Source of the DNA: Eledone cirrhosa
Lineage: Eukaryota
Assembly: GCA_964016885.1 (NCBI GenBank)
Contig: OZ024743.1
Coordinates: 149,854,001-149,918,000, forward strand
DNA: 64,000 nucleotides
Direction of reading: 5' to 3'
Part shown: positions 12,975 through 27,900 of the stretch, in pieces
Position numbering within the stretch: position 1 is the stretch's first letter
Layout of the letters: every line of letters starts with the position of its first letter
Notes under the pieces: generated by a model
The model's database searches: none
Seen by the model: only the letters and a program-made list of their open reading frames with translations
Told to the model about the DNA's origin: nothing
Made by a program: the position numbers and the translations under genes

Positions 12975-13581
12975 TATATAAGTGTGTGTGTGTATTAATC
13001 TCATGTTTTATGCACACACTATAAAACAAAACTGAACTACTGCTCTCATGACCCTTATATCAAACCATGGTGTTGTGCTCTGCTTGATAACAATTCTTAT
13101 GTGAATATAAATATTTGGTAGCAGAGAAAAGCATCTCACTCATTAATAGATTTTAAAATGATACTTATTTCAGATGATAATTATAGTGCAGATGTCTGTG
13201 CTTGTGTACTTTCTACAGTGTGACTACTCTCAGTCCCAAATAATTGGGGCGTGGGGAGTTGGAATAAGTGGTGGGGTTGGAAAATCAATAATTTTTCTAG
13301 GTTGTTTCCCTTGAATTTCTTTTAAAAAACCAAAATTAGTCATTTAGTTTACATATTGAGATCCTAACCCATCCTACAATAATTCCTCTTCTAAAAGACA
13401 CTACTTTGTGAATGAACAAACAGCCAAGTGTTTATCATCCATTCAGTGCCTGTGTGTGATAAGAAGTTTAGTTGTTGATGTCTAATGATAACTGGTAGCA
13501 CAACATACATGTATTATCTATCCCTTAAAAACTTTGGCAAGTATAAGTAATTGTGGGTGGTAGATTTAATCTATCACCCAG

Positions 13582-13750
13582 TTTAACACCACCTCCTGGC
13601 TCTTGGGTGCCTTTAGAAGAATCCACTTTATTGCAAGTATTAGGGCCGGGTGTCTGATTTGAGGAAACCTTTCTCTCTGCCACCACTCTTGAAGGCACCA
13701 AAAAGGGTCATTGACACTGCTCTTCCTCCTGACAAACCTGTAAAACAGGA
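13582..13750 (+). mobile_element. Old dispersed repeat (second copy 31285-31450)
   Basis: Both copies read TTTAACACCACC...GCCTTTAG.AGA.TCC...AAAAAGG.TCAT.GACACT.C. Confidence 0.55.
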
Positions 13751-16718
13751 TTATTAAAAGAAATGTACCTCTTGACTCTTCAAATATGCTGCTAATGTTC
13801 TCAGGATAAGCATCAATACTACTAGATCACAAATTTTTCTATAAATCATACACATTGTTTATTAATATGTGACATTAACTCAAGCTTAATATTCACTTGC
13901 ATCATTTACCAAATAGACAAGCTAAACAAGTTAAACATAAAAAAAAACAACACTATCCTTATTTTGCAGCTATTAATTTTGCTGTAACCAGGTTAAATAT
14001 CTTCATTATGTGAGGAGATTCTTCTGTAGTGAGTCAGTCTCTGTCTCTCTCACTCTGTTTCTTTAATATGGACAATGAAGGACAATATGGTTAACAGCGT
14101 CATTGTTTATTCCTGCCTTCAGTTGTTCTAAATGAATTTAGAAACAAGTCTTCTTTTCTGTGTATGACATCCTTACTTTCAACTATGGCAAAAATTGATG
14201 CCTTTTCACCAACTGGTTAGTTACACTGTGGCATAGAGAGAAAACCTGCCTATGAATACAATACTGTACTGCCTGCAGTGAGAGGTGAACCCATAACCTC
14301 CTATGATAAGCACTTATAATTAGAATGCATACACCAAGCACGTAACCCACTCATCCATTGTACCATATAGTGTTTGTAAGTTTTTGTTCGTGTTCTTTTT
14401 TCTTTGAATTATTCATTCAATATCTATTTCTAACGTTTTGGGGGAATTTTCCATATATTTAGTTATATATATATCTTTTTTTTTAATTTCTTGCTTGGCT
14501 TTGAAATTGTCAGACATAGCCATGGGGATAAAACTGAATGTGTATTTGTGGGATATGAAGCAACTATTAAAATGATAAAAAATAAATATAAGAAAAATAA
14601 TAGCAAAGAATTCAGAAAGATGAGAAGGAATGAGTTTAAATGGACACATTGAGAACTTTCATGTAAAGCAGAAACTTTCTACAATATTTTTGCTTATAAC
14701 AGATATTTAGAGAAATGTTTTTGTAATACTTTATATTTATATCTATGCTGTAGAATCATTTTTATATAATGTATTGAAGGTAAAATCTTTCAATAATATA
14801 AGATTAAACAAAATATATTTATACACTTTCAATCAATAAAGTAAATGGACAATAATAATAAAAATGAGTTCAGTCAATATTTCCAAAACTCCTTCATTTG
14901 CCCACTACAATAAATGCTCCGAAAAACAATCGAGGCAGCTTAAAACACTCATAGTGTTACCATGGGTGATAGCGAAGCTGAGGTGCTGGGACTGTTAAAA
15001 ACTTTCATGAGCATGACCTGATATTTCGTTATTATACATTTTAGATTTTGTTTCTAAAATTCATTTCTGTTTGGGATAGTATCATGTCACATTCTAGATG
15101 AGTAAATTCCCAATAGCTGAGTCTGTGATAAAGTTTTAATTCCCAGTTTTAGCCTTCTTTATTTTCATTTATGTTACTGATGCCTTCTAAAAAGGACATG
15201 AATTTCATATCATGTTTATATCTTCTATGAATCTGGGATTATGTGCTGAGTAATAAGTTTTCTCATAATAATCCTCAAGTAAATAACCTAAGCTACTCCC
15301 TTTCTTCAATATCTATTGTATCAAATGTGAAAATAGAAGTGTCCTTTGATTTCAAGCCACACAGAAAAAACGGATTATTTTGAGTTAATAGAAGTTTCCT
15401 TCATAGTTTGATGCCAAGGAAGGTGTCTTTCTTTTATGATTAAGAGACAGTAGAGTTACAAAAACAATATCTAGCTTTATCCCTCTATATTGTGAGTTTA
15501 AATCCCATGGTGTCAACCTTTCTTATCATCACTCTGGGTTGGATAACATAACTACCAGTAATATACTCACAGTTGATTCAATCAACTATATACTGTTCCC
15601 CTATAAATTTGTGACTTCAGGCCAATGTTTGAAATTATTGTTTTAAGATTGATTTAGCAGATTGATTAATGACAGAAAAAAAAATGCTATTTAGTTATAT
15701 CCTTTCATATTCCAAGTTAAATTTCCATCAGGGTATATTTGCACTATAAGTGATAAATTACACTATTTTGAAGGACTGCTAGCTACTGTTTTTTTTTGTT
15801 TTTTTTTGTTTTTTATTAATTAATTTGGGCTAGTTGCTACTTTAAATGTTAATTCTAAATGGTATGAATGCTATTGAATATCATATTAAATTACTCAACT
15901 AAGTAAATTAGAAACTACATACAAGTAATCCTTAGACATATATATATTTTTTTAATTTACTCACAAATTTCCATTTGGGATAGTTTCTAACCCAATCCAT
16001 TACATTATGAACATTTTGTGTTATTTTTTATGAAATTGTGACAATTCTGATTGGGTATTGGGGCTCATAGAATAAACTATTTTTCTCCCTATGCTAGTGT
16101 GTTGAATGAATCCAAAAGAGATGGATGTCATAGCATAAAGGCATGTTCCCAGTGAGTTGTTCCCATTGTCAAGTTTTGATTTTTGGTAACATATAAATAT
16201 TGTGAGTTTGTATTTATTTTAGTACTTTTTATTTATGTTTTGAATACATAAAGCCAATAAAATGTTTTGTAATACACCAAGATCGCAAGTCTGATCATAA
16301 ATTCAATTCAACAAGCACTTATCAATGTTTTCTAATTTTATCATTTTATCATAATATTATAATGTTTCTAGTGTAAGCATAAAGATACATTTTTGAGGAG
16401 GGAACATTTAATTAGATTGATCTCAGTACTAGACTGATATTTATTTTATCAACTCTAGAAGCTTGCATGGCAAAGTAGCTGGAACAAATACTGCAAATCA
16501 TTTTGTCCAACAGCTTTCATCAATTGCAGTAACACTAGACTTAATGCCTTAACTTTCTTTTGAGTCTTTGTAGATATTTTTATGTCTTTCTGTGCATTTC
16601 CAAGTGTCACTTTTACAGAAGATATTGTAGACACTTCAATGAGGCATAATTCTCACATCTTCCTAGATAGGTCTTAGTTGTAGCTCTCTCTTAGCTACTA
16701 TTATTATTATTGTATTCA

Positions 16719-16940
16719 GGTGGTAGATAGGCAGTGTCAGAGGAGCATCAGACAACATTTTTGCAGCGTATAGTTGTGACCCATTGTGTTCTGAGTTCAA
16801 ATTCTGCTGAGGTTAGCTTTGCCTTTCATCCTTACAGGATTGATAAAATAAAGTACCAGTAATACACTGGAGTCAATTTAAACGACTTAGCCCTCCCTCA
16901 AAATTGTTGAACTTGTGCCTAAATCAGAAACCATTGTTAT
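16719..16940 (+). mobile_element. SINE family A, long variant
   Basis: Family core plus the extra GGAGTCAATTTAAACGACTT..CCCTCAAAATT segment before the tail. Confidence 0.85.
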
Positions 16941-17209
16941 CGTCATCATCATCATCATTATGAACGTCATCAGCCTTCATGTTGTCATTGCTTCTTTAAG
17001 TTGCATTTATTATACATCACTGCAAGCCATTGATTCATTCTTCAGCAAGGAAATTTCTATAGTCAAGCATTTATTCTTGGGGAAATCAGTTTTTTGAAAA
17101 ACCATTTTTAATGTAAAAGAAAACTGAATGAACCAGTCATCAAAGGGAATGACTATGATTAGACATGTCTGATGAAATAGTGAGAGGGGTGTTACTCATG
17201 CTGGTGCTG

Positions 17210-17212
17210 TTG

Positions 17213-17276
<64 letters not shown>

Positions 17277-17278
17277 CA

Positions 17279-17321
<43 letters not shown>

Positions 17322-17339
17322 CACCACCACTACCACTAT

Positions 17340-17379
<40 letters not shown>

Positions 17380-17390
17380 GCTACTACAAA
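17210..17390. repeat. Compound trinucleotide microsatellite (CTG)n(CTA)n(CCA)n
   Basis: Direct reading of the sequence. Confidence 0.95.
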
Positions 17391-17931
17391 ACTGCAGTCT
17401 ATGCTGCTATCACTACAATTATGTTTTCTACCATCACAGCTGCTAGTCACCCAGCACAACAAACAAACACCCCCAGTATCCAACCTTCCACAGCCTCAAA
17501 CTGTGACCTCCATCACCTCCTCTACCCTTACCACAAGCCCACCACGTCTTCCAGATACAAACAATGCTATCATCTTCATCCTCTTCATCTGCTCTACTCT
17601 ATTTCTAATCTGTCACCCATATTCAGCACCGCCACTCCACTTTTCTACTCTGCAATCATCATCAGCATCAAATCTAATATTGCTAAATGAATTATATACC
17701 TTGAATGCAAATGAATTCATTGCCAAGTTAGTTGCCCTCCCTGCTCCAATTGCATTCTCATATCTCCTTCCCATTCCCCCTTCCTCTCATTTCTACCATC
17801 TCTTATCCATATTAAAATGAAAAAGAAAAAATATAGAGGAAGTATATTGGTTTAGTGGATAAGCATTGCTTTTGTCCAACATGCACATATGCCCACTGAC
17901 ATCTCCCTACATATATGTGTTTGTGTGTGTG

Positions 17932-18007
<76 letters not shown>

Positions 18008-18284
18008 TGTGTATAATAAATGTATATATATATATATTCCAATTTGTTATGTAGACAAATTTATATGTGTACAAACCCTGTATAAGCATATGAAATGTAT
18101 ATGCATACATACACAATATACCCACATACATATAACACATTTATATCTTGTAAACAACTGCATAACTCATATAAATATACAAAAATAGATGCACTAACAT
18201 GTACAAATAGGCATTGAAGCAGATAAAATACACAGGTTATATATAATCTTGTATACGTATATATGTGTGTGTGTGCGCCTGTGT

Positions 18285-18490
18285 CATCATCATCATCATC
18301 ATCACCATTTAATGTCCATTTTCCCTACTATCATGGGTTAGATGAATTATCCCATTGTGAGACAAGTCATATTAGGTGACTGTATCTTCTCCATTCAGAA
18401 CTGTTTGTGGCTTGCTTTCTATGACTGGATGCTCTTCCTAACACCAACCAGATTTACAGTGTGGATTGGGTGCTTCTTGTCATGGCATCA
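18285..18490 (-). mobile_element. Degraded RTE-tail element (similar pieces at 24378-24610, 25770-25980, 26800-27058, 27117-27322, 32753-32868, 36955-37215, 42849-42975, 57032-57070, 58772-58870)
   Basis: (CAT)n tail, TTTAA.GTCCA.TTTCC..., and GGATGC.CTTCCTAACACCAACC motifs shared with the RTE 3'UTR. Confidence 0.7.
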
Positions 18491-18528
18491 AAAAGAACAT
18501 TTGACAAGTTTGACTGGGTACCCAACTC

Positions 18529-18565
<37 letters not shown>

Positions 18566-19399
18566 CGAGGTAGGAGCGTACTTCATATACCTTGGTAAAG
18601 ACAACCTGTTTAGAAAAGAAGTTACTCTGAACAAAGACTGTTGCGGAGTAAAGCAGACTCGGTTCTTACGTTCTGAAAGACAACTTCTCTTGTGCTGGTG
18701 TCATGCTATAATGCATCCAGTTCACACTGTATTGTGGTTAGTAATAGGAAAATATGTGCCAAAAATATGAACAGTGCTTATAATATATACCATTAACATT
18801 TTATGTCCCCTCTGCTATGCCAGAATGAGTTTCACAGATCTTTCTGATACAGTGTTTTTTACAGAAGTATGCCCTCGGCATGTCAACCCTTTTAGTTTCC
18901 TTTTAAAACAGATAGGAATATTGTGGTTCTATTCTAAATGAGGGCCAGAGATACTATATATGATGATGATCATCATCATATGTCTGGTTTTCCTGCTAGC
19001 AATAATTGGACAGGATATATATATATATAATATACACATAGACATGCATGGCTTATATAATGATGCATGTACCTGCATACATAGATATGTGTTACCCTTA
19101 TGCACTATACATATAAACACTCAATCCTACATAATTCACATAAGCCCTGTCTATATACTTTACATAATCAGATAGATATTCATACATGTCCAAAATATAC
19201 AAACAAAGATATTATCATACATTAATATACAAACACATATTATACATAAAATCTTTTCCACACATGATACGCAGACCTGCATACACAAATTCATATGTTC
19301 ATATGAAATTGTATAATTAGCCATACTCATATATGCACACACACATACAAATAATCTCTTATAGAGACATCTAATTACACACACACATAACCACACATA

Positions 19400-19790
19400 T
19401 ACATACATACATGGTGGCTGCCAACTCGTTTTCGAGTATGGTCACTACTTTATATCCATGTAGGAGATCCCCTACCGATGTGCTGAACGAGTGTGACTTT
19501 TTAGCCCAGCCGGCGACTTGAAAACTCTGGTACAAACACTACACTTGTGACAATTATTGAAACATAGTGCTGGGCCCATGATACCATGTGACGACAAGTG
19601 TAGAGAGATCAGAGATCTCCAGATAGAAAGCAATGCTTGTGCCGTGAAGCTTTTATAGTGAGCAAAGGCACTGCACAAAGCCAGTCCCACTCTCTTAACC
19701 AAGATGATATTTACCAAAAAGAAGAACAAGTCAACATCATTAAATACCATCAGGGTTGCAGGTGTTATATCAGTTTTCCTTCTCCTAGAA
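19400..19790 (-). mobile_element. Short RTE-derived non-autonomous element, copy 1
   Basis: Near-identical in reverse to 45431-45867. Ends in C2H2 HKCSVCTRVFKSPAGLKSHTRSAHR*, a CTCG-AAAA-CGAG stem-loop and an (ATGT)n tail. Confidence 0.85.
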
Positions 19791-19791
19791 T

Positions 19792-19830
<39 letters not shown>

Positions 19831-20861
19831 CATACATACATGCATACATACATACATACATACATACATACATACATGTATTTCCATGATCACTCATTAT
19901 TTTTACCTATAATTTTATGACTTCTAGGAGTCTAACCTGATAATGATATTACATTTACATATATATACATATCTACTTAAACATATATCTATATATACAT
20001 AAACATACACATCAAACAATGGCACTTCTTTGATGACTCAGTATATTTGCCTATACTTCTCAATGTCCCAGGAGTCTTGTCTGAAAATGCTATTTCATCC
20101 TGTTATTAGAATGAATACAAAAACTGATAGACAATAGTTTATTCTTGTGAAGCTTTTTTATTCATCCATCTTGAAAATGTAGTCAGCTTCTTATTGAATG
20201 GAGCAGAGTGTGTGCATGCATGCACACACAAACGCATACATGCATATACAGAAGTGTGTGTTTTTAAATGTGTATGTGTTTGGGTGTAAATGCGTAGATA
20301 CCTTGTTGAAACTTTAGATCAATGAAACTAAAGTGTTTTTGTGTATTTATGATGTACATGTTCAATCAACTTACTAAAGATTTAGTCAATGTCTTATTGA
20401 ATAGAAATTATTCATACTGTCATGTATGAATATGTATTTGGGCATATATGTACAAGTGTGTGGGTGTTGCATGTGAATGTCAATGTGTGCATATATGTGT
20501 GTCTATTTCTATGCATGCATGGTTGATTGATTTAATCGGTCTTTGTTGAACTGATGTTGAGATGTGTGTGTGCATGCATGTGCACAGATGTCTTTATGTG
20601 CACGTACGTGTGCATGCATCTGTGTGAATATAGTTCAGTTATGTTGCTACTTATTGAAATGATATGCAAATAGTAATGCTACTGCATCTATTTTCACATT
20701 AGATGAGAGATAGTTTACACAGCTTGCACTCATTACACATATTTTTGATTGCATCCAAGAAAAATACACTATGCTATAAAGCCTTCACGTATCAATATTC
20801 TCCAAATTCTCCATTAAGTTTTTTTTTTTTTGTTTCTTTTTCTATCTTGTCTCTTCTGCAG

Positions 20862-20891
20862 CTTCTTAGATTTTGTTTTGTAACTGCTTAG
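20862..20891 (+). CDS. Probable terminal coding exon (LLRFCFVTA* if spliced in phase 0 to 10995)
   Basis: About 40-nt pyrimidine tract ending TTCTGCAG (AG 20860-20861), followed by ~2.3 kb without recognisable transposons. Confidence 0.45.
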   Translation, partial: LLRFCFVTA

Positions 20892-23180
20892 ACAGAGGGG
20901 AAGGGCAGGGTCATGAACCTTTTCAAAGCCTCCGAGACTCCTGGGAGGAAAAAGAGTTATCCTCAATTTGGAGACCTAGTCTAAATGCTTGCAATAAGGA
21001 GGTCCCTGCCAAAGGTACCGAAGAACCAAATGATGGTGTTAAACTGATTAAAGGATCAAGTGTACTACTGAAACTGTACCACTGTCTGGAACCAAATTTG
21101 AAAGAGATAATACATTCAATTCTCAGAAGTATTTCTTTGTTTAGTTGGAAAATAGTTATTTTCACTTTATAGTTGAACAATTGGAGCAGTAACTGTTCAC
21201 ATTTGTTCACTTACATGAATATCAACAAATGTTGATTGCTTACATTTCAAGCTCAAAGAATATTGTGTTAGGTAGCATGATCTCACAGAAATCAACAATA
21301 ACTTTAATCATTTAAAGTGCAATTGAACAATCTATTTATTTAATATTATAAGGTCTCGGTTATTCGTAACAACTGCATTTCTGTTGCAATTAAATATTAT
21401 CAAGGGCCTCAGATCCAGGCATCACTGAATGCATCTGTTTAAATTCTTAGAGTTCTTTATCAGTCATGTACATTTGTTAGAAAGGATAGCAAGAAAAAAG
21501 CAATGTCAGTGTATATTTCTAGACACATACTTTTATTATATAATAAAATCAAATGGAATTTGTTCTGTAAATTTAAAGATTTTGGTAACTGTCTTTTATT
21601 ATCTCTTTATTTTAAAGAAACATTTATTTCCCATCAACTCAAGTTATTGTTTTAAGAAATCTGTATCAAGGATTTGTAAATCTTTGGTTAAGTGCACTTT
21701 TGTAAATAGAAGGGGAAGTATACAGGAATCTATCGTATATAGTTGAGTCACTGCCAAAACATGAAAAATTGGTAGATTTTAATATCTTTTAACATCCACT
21801 GAGTCCTTAGGAGGTCTCCTACAGCTTGCTTAAATATGTCTCTTGGGAGGCCAATGTTTTTCTTGTAAATATAGCCACATCTTGCTAGCATGTGTGACAC
21901 AAGCTGAACATATCATGCCTTTTAGTTGTTCTTTCTCACAACTTGGAAACATTTTCATCACAATATCATGCTGCTTACAGTTTTGCTAAAAGTTAAAAGA
22001 AAATTCCTCGTTTACCTTCAGGGAGGTTTCTCTTTTATTCTCAGTCTTGTAAGAGCACAAAAGAAGATATCTACAGATAAACTCACAGCTTCTCATATTT
22101 ACTGAAATGGCTTCTGCTCTCATATTTCACTATGATATTCAAGGTGGCATTGTAATCTCCCTCTTTCTTTCTCTATCTCAATTTCTATTACAAGCACACA
22201 CACACAGTGACGGGAATATGATTTTGCATTTTGGCAGATTTTAGTTTAACGCTTTAAAAGCTTATTTATTTTCTGGACTACTTTCTTTGTTTAACTTTTT
22301 GAGTGTCAAACACTTACTGGTTTATCTTTCACCTCCTACCCTTGTGTGCCAAAGACATACTGGTAAGTTTTAGTGTAGATTGTAAAGAACAGGCCCAGGC
22401 AAAGTAAATATTGCAAATTTGATCCAAAGATTTCTTGCTAACACTTTTTTGAAAAGTACAAAACTTACAAGTAAACCAAGTCTGAAGTAATAAAATACTA
22501 AAAATGGCACTAGCTCTCAAAGAATTATAACATGTCTATCTAAATTAATTGAGTACTCTAGAAGATATGACTTTATAGGAGCAATATTAAGTGTTTTAAA
22601 ACAATGCTTCTTTGGAAAATGTAGTGATGAAACCAAGCTACCATACCAGCTCCAAAATATAGAAGCCGAAAAAAAAAAAGGTTATACAATTTGTAGAAAA
22701 GCACTTCTCTGGAAACACCCAACATAAATTTACCTTATTTTATAAATGTTGTCTAACAATGTTTAGTTGACTATCAGCTAGATATATAGCTTTTAACCTA
22801 TCGGTGCATACTTTCTGTAAATGTGCTATGAGATTCGAGGTAACTTTAAATAGTTGTAGAATACTCTAATTGCTTTAAGAATTTAAGAGACATCATCACT
22901 GAATGGTTATCTTGGTCAAATGGTATCTTGAAAATTGAGTAAACAGAAACTGTTTGGAAACCTATTGAATAGACTGCTCCTGTAATTCAAAGACCCAGCC
23001 ATGTAACACTGAGTCATTGTGAATCCCCCCTGTAAATAGGCCATTTCATTTCTCAATCAACTGGAACATTCATCATAAAAATTGATGGAGATCTATTTAA
23101 ATTAATATATATCTTCCATATTTATATTTGCATAAAAAATTAATATTATCAAAGAATAAAGTTCATTTTATTTAACAAAT
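20892..23180 (+). other. Candidate 3'UTR with AATAAA at 22489-22494 and 23155-23160
   Basis: Repeat-poor unique sequence after the candidate stop codon, with polyadenylation hexamers. Confidence 0.35.
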
Positions 23181-23519
23181 AGAATGTATTGAATGAGATT
23201 GATACTTGAAATGTTCTAGCCACTCAGTTACAGTATTAAAATTCATCAATACAACTGTGAGATTTATTTTAGAATTTGAGGAGGTGGCAAAAGACTTAGA
23301 TATCATTGTAATCTTTCTGTTTCCATGTGGCAAGTTACAAAACTGGAATGTGAATTTCAGGAATACTTTCTACATCAGCCACCTGTTAAATTAGTGACAG
23401 ATCCATGCTTTGCCACAAGTTGAAGATCTCAAGTAGACTTGTTAGTAAAGGATGACACTAAATAGCACTACCTCCCCACTTTTCAATGCTGCACCCTCAG
23501 ATTTAAGGGGATAGGTTTA

Positions 23520-23760
23520 TTCTGATATTCTACTTAGAATTATTGAAAATTAGAGTACTCAACACATGCTCCAAAACTTACTGATGGACTTGATGTTAGG
23601 TTAACAATGTACCAGCTGTTCTCTGAGAGGTTTCTTGTCCTGGACCCTTGAACCACCATTTCAATTTATTATCATAGTAGTTGAGAAGTTTATATCCCAG
23701 TCATGATATATGTTAGTGAACTTGTTCTAATAATAGCTTAGATGTTTCAGTCTGAAACGG
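23520..23760 (+). mobile_element. Possible very old RTE RT fragment
   Basis: CCAGTCATGATATATGTTAGTGAACTTGTTCTAATA translates PVMIYVSELVLI, loosely like PW.LLYADDLVLI. Confidence 0.3.
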
Positions 23761-24345
23761 AGTTACATTATTGGCACATTCTACTCTGTGTGTCTGTGTG
23801 AGTGAGTGAATGAAAGAGAGAGAGAGAAAGAGAAAGAAGGTGCTATGATGACTGAGATGCTTAATTGTGATTTCTCAATTATGGTGTGTCTGTGTGTTTG
23901 TACCGCTAATTTTAAATGATGTTGTTAGAATAATATTTCTTCTTTATACTAGTTAAAGCTATCGATGTTGGATTTTATATTTTTATTTTTATTAAACATT
24001 GTGATAATTTGTAAATTATATGTACTATAGTGATGGGTAATATATTACATAATACATTGTTTGTTTTTATATAATCATAAATGTGTTTTGTCACCCTACA
24101 TTCAAACAAATATGCATATATATTTATATACATATATGTATATATATGTAAATACTTTCTGTATATTATCACTGCTTTAAGATAATTTTTTCTTTTATAT
24201 TTTTTCATAATATAAGAATTTCAATTTGTTAGGCCACCTTCAAACACTCATTTTTATTTTTATAAGACATGTAGTACAATGATAGACTTTTTTGTTTAAT
24301 TATTTACTTATTCCCTCTCTGCAATTCTTCAACAGATTCTGAGAT

Positions 24346-24383
<38 letters not shown>

Positions 24384-24819
24384 TACTGTTTAACATCTAT
24401 TTTTCATGCTTGCTTGGGTTAGATAGATTGTCATATTTTCAGGGTAGACTATTCAGGTGATCACATCTTACTGAAACATTCCATATTCAGCATGCTTCGA
24501 TGGCTGGATGTTCTTCCTAATGCTGACAACTTTAAAGCATGTTCTGGGAGAATCATGGCACCAGCACTACCATCTTATAGGGTGTTTTTTTTTATCATGG
24601 CACCAGCATTTCCCTATATATATATTTATATATAATTTCTTCTCTGGTCCTGTAACTCCTAAGGGAGTTGTAGAGATGTCGATTTATTGAGATATGGCTT
24701 TTCTAGGGATTTTTAAACCTGGCAGAGCCCATCTCCTTTCCATCTCTGAATACGGCAGATTTCTTCCAGAAATTGAGAGAGTGACAGAAAGGAAGTGAGA
24801 AAGAGGTATAGAGGAAGAA

Positions 24820-24975
24820 TCAACTCCAGTACTTGATTGGTAGTTTTTTATCGACCCCAAATGGATGAAAGGCAAAGTTGACCTCGGCAGGATTTGAACT
24901 CAGAAAGTAGAAAGCCAAAACAAATACTGCATAGCATTCTATATATTGTTCTAATGATTCTGCATATTCACAACC
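24820..24975 (-). mobile_element. SINE family A, older copy
   Basis: TTTATCGACCCC..ATGGATGAAAGGCAAAGTTGACCTCGGCAGGATTTGAACTCAGAA. Confidence 0.85.
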
Positions 24976-27900
24976 CGACCCCACACACAAATAAGTAGAT
25001 ATCTTTAATAGAAAAACCTTTATCATCATTTTTATGTGCATTTTCTTCTTCCATAGTGGTATGGGCTGGATAAGCCTTTTTGAGGCAGTTTTTCTATGGC
25101 AAGATACCTTTCCTGATGCCCATCAATACTTTATTTATAATTATGGTATATACTACTCATCTTCATCAAAACGCTATGTTGTATAATGTATTGTTTGTGC
25201 AGGACATAGAAATGTCACCTATTACTTTAAAATACTATCATTAAAGCATATATGTTTACATATATACAAACTACTGTATAATTAGTAAGTAATAATGGGC
25301 CATACAATCACTCATTTAAAACTTTGTTACATATCCTGTTTGGTGAAGCCAATATCTTATACATATTCAGATGTCCACACACTCAGATATCCATCCATAC
25401 ATACAGCCACACAGAGGATTACACTCACATACAGATTGTTATACATATGTAATCATTACAGTTCCACCAATAAGGTGCCACACTATATCTTTTATAGTTC
25501 CACTATTATCCTTAAATATATTTAATGTACAACAGGAATTAACATGAAATCACAACCATGATGTACCATATAACTGTATGTAGAATATATGTAGCAAAAA
25601 AAAACATATTCTATTTTCCCCTTACTGTTAGCCACATGGTTGATGTTTGTTCTATTTACTCACCTGATGCTATGTTGTCATGCTGTAATCCTCTCTTTCT
25701 CTATTCAGCTACTTCTTCCTTATTTCTCTTTTATCTCAACCTTCATAATATGCGTGTATGTAAGTGTCAACATTATCATCACTTTACATCTGCTTCCCAT
25801 GTTGGTATGGGCTGGGCATGTTGTCACATTCTATGGTTTGACAGGTTGAAAAAAAACCTCATCTTTCTTGAACATGCATTATTTAGCATAGTTTCTATGG
25901 CTGGATGTTCTTCCTAGCACCAGTCATCTTATTGGGTGTGTTTTATCATAGCACCATCACTACCACTTTACTGAGTGAACTGGTTTCAGTCACTGGACTA
26001 TGGTCATGCTGATTAATATGCTATTTAGTACATATTTGATTAATTTCAGTAGGTGGAAAGAAATATTAGCAAAGCATATAAAGGGATATAGCTAAATACC
26101 ACAAGGTACTTTTGATTGGCACTTCACAGATAAAACCCTTTCTAAATTGTTAGCTTATGAAGGAGTTACTGAAAATTGGAGATAAATATCCTAATGATAT
26201 TTACCTTTTATGAAAATATCACAAACAAAAAGCAGCTAAATGGTTCCTTTCTCACTAAATCATATTCTACCCCAGGTGAGGTTGGAAATGCCTCATGGGG
26301 CATTTTTTAAAGAGGTAAATGTACTGTTGACTGAATAGATAATATTTGTGGAATTTTATGACTGTTTAAAGGTCAGCAAGATAAACATTTGACAATAGTG
26401 ATAGAAAGATTCCAGAAATGATGGCTGATTTTGTATCAAAGAATAGGGACAGATGTGGCTGATTCTCAAAGACATGAATGTTGTACTGGTGCTTTTAACC
26501 TTTTCATAGAGGTATTTCTAATGAAGTTTCTATTTGCAATAGTGTTTCCAATGTAATGTAGTTTATTTCAATTAATTAATGAACAATTTTGAAGAATTTA
26601 CAGAAATTATTAATTATTTCATTACATATGGTACTTATATAAAATTATGTTGAAAGATTTTAATTTAAGTAGGAACCATTTAAAGTGGGTGGTTTTGTTT
26701 CATAAAACCACATTCAGTTTGGGCTCTTGAATCTAAAATAGTCAATCGAAGATCAATAGAAGTATATCTTGGGGTATAGAAAATCAAAGCTCTGGAGTAT
26801 ATATGTGGGTGTCACAGCAAGGGGGATCTGGTCCATACTGTGGAGTGGTCGTGTAGGTATCACAACAAAGGGCACCCAGCACTCACTGTAAATGAGGTTG
26901 GCACTTGGAGTGGCATCCAGCAGCAGAAGCAAAGCCAAAATCAGCCCTACATGAGCAGCACTGCTCACATATGCTTGTCTGACCCAGCACTGCTCAAAAC
27001 AGGACAACTTGTCTAACCCACGCCAGCCTCAAAACATCGCTGTTAAATGGTGATGATTATATATATATATATATATATATGGACAACAGATGGGGTAGCA
27101 GAAATATATATATATACATCATCATCATCATTTAACGTAAGCTCTCAGTTCAACCTGTATGGTGGTCATGCAGGTGACACAACAAAATCCCCTAGTGCAC
27201 CATGTATGGTGTTCACGTTCTGTATGTACAAGATACAGTCATCTCATCTGACTTGTCTCACAACGGGACAACTTGCTCTAACCCATGCTAGCATGGAAAA
27301 TGGACGTTAAAGGGTGTTGATATATATATATATACATACACACACACATACATATATACTTACATACATACATATAAAACACACAGGCCCCATACTGAGA
27401 TAGAACCTGGGACTCTATGATTACAAAGCAAACTTCTTAAACATATCATGATGTGTATATATGTATTTCATTTAAATTGTATTTTCTTTCATACTCAAAT
27501 ATAAAAAAAAAAATATGCATGCTTCCCTATGTATGTGTATACAATTTTAGAAGATGTAATATTCAATTTTGAATTATGCGCCTGCAATTTTGTTTCAACA
27601 TTTTTTAGTAAAATATTTGTTTGAAAAATATATTCCTTTTTTTTTTATTTTTATTTTCCCCATCTTTTCTAATTTTAAATTCATATTTCTTTTTCTCTTT
27701 TCATAGTTTCATATCTTTCCTTTATCAGTTTATATTTTCTACTCTTCTTTTTTTCTTGTCTTCCCTTTAATTTTTTACTCTAGTTTTCCTCTGTTTCTTT
27801 GTTCTTTACTCTTGCATTATTCTACTTTATTTGTCTTTTCATTCCCCCTCCTCCTCTTTCCTACAGCAAACTATAGTATCCTCTTCTTTCTGTCTTTTTC

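Noticed and set aside
17165-17483. Poly-Leu/Pro and poly-Val/Ala ORFs resembling signal or transmembrane peptides
   Set aside because: Trinucleotide microsatellite, open on both strands.
20923-21210. 95-aa minus-strand ORF and overlapping 99-aa plus-strand ORF
   Set aside because: No recognisable domain; better explained as the start of the + strand 3'UTR, though not excluded.
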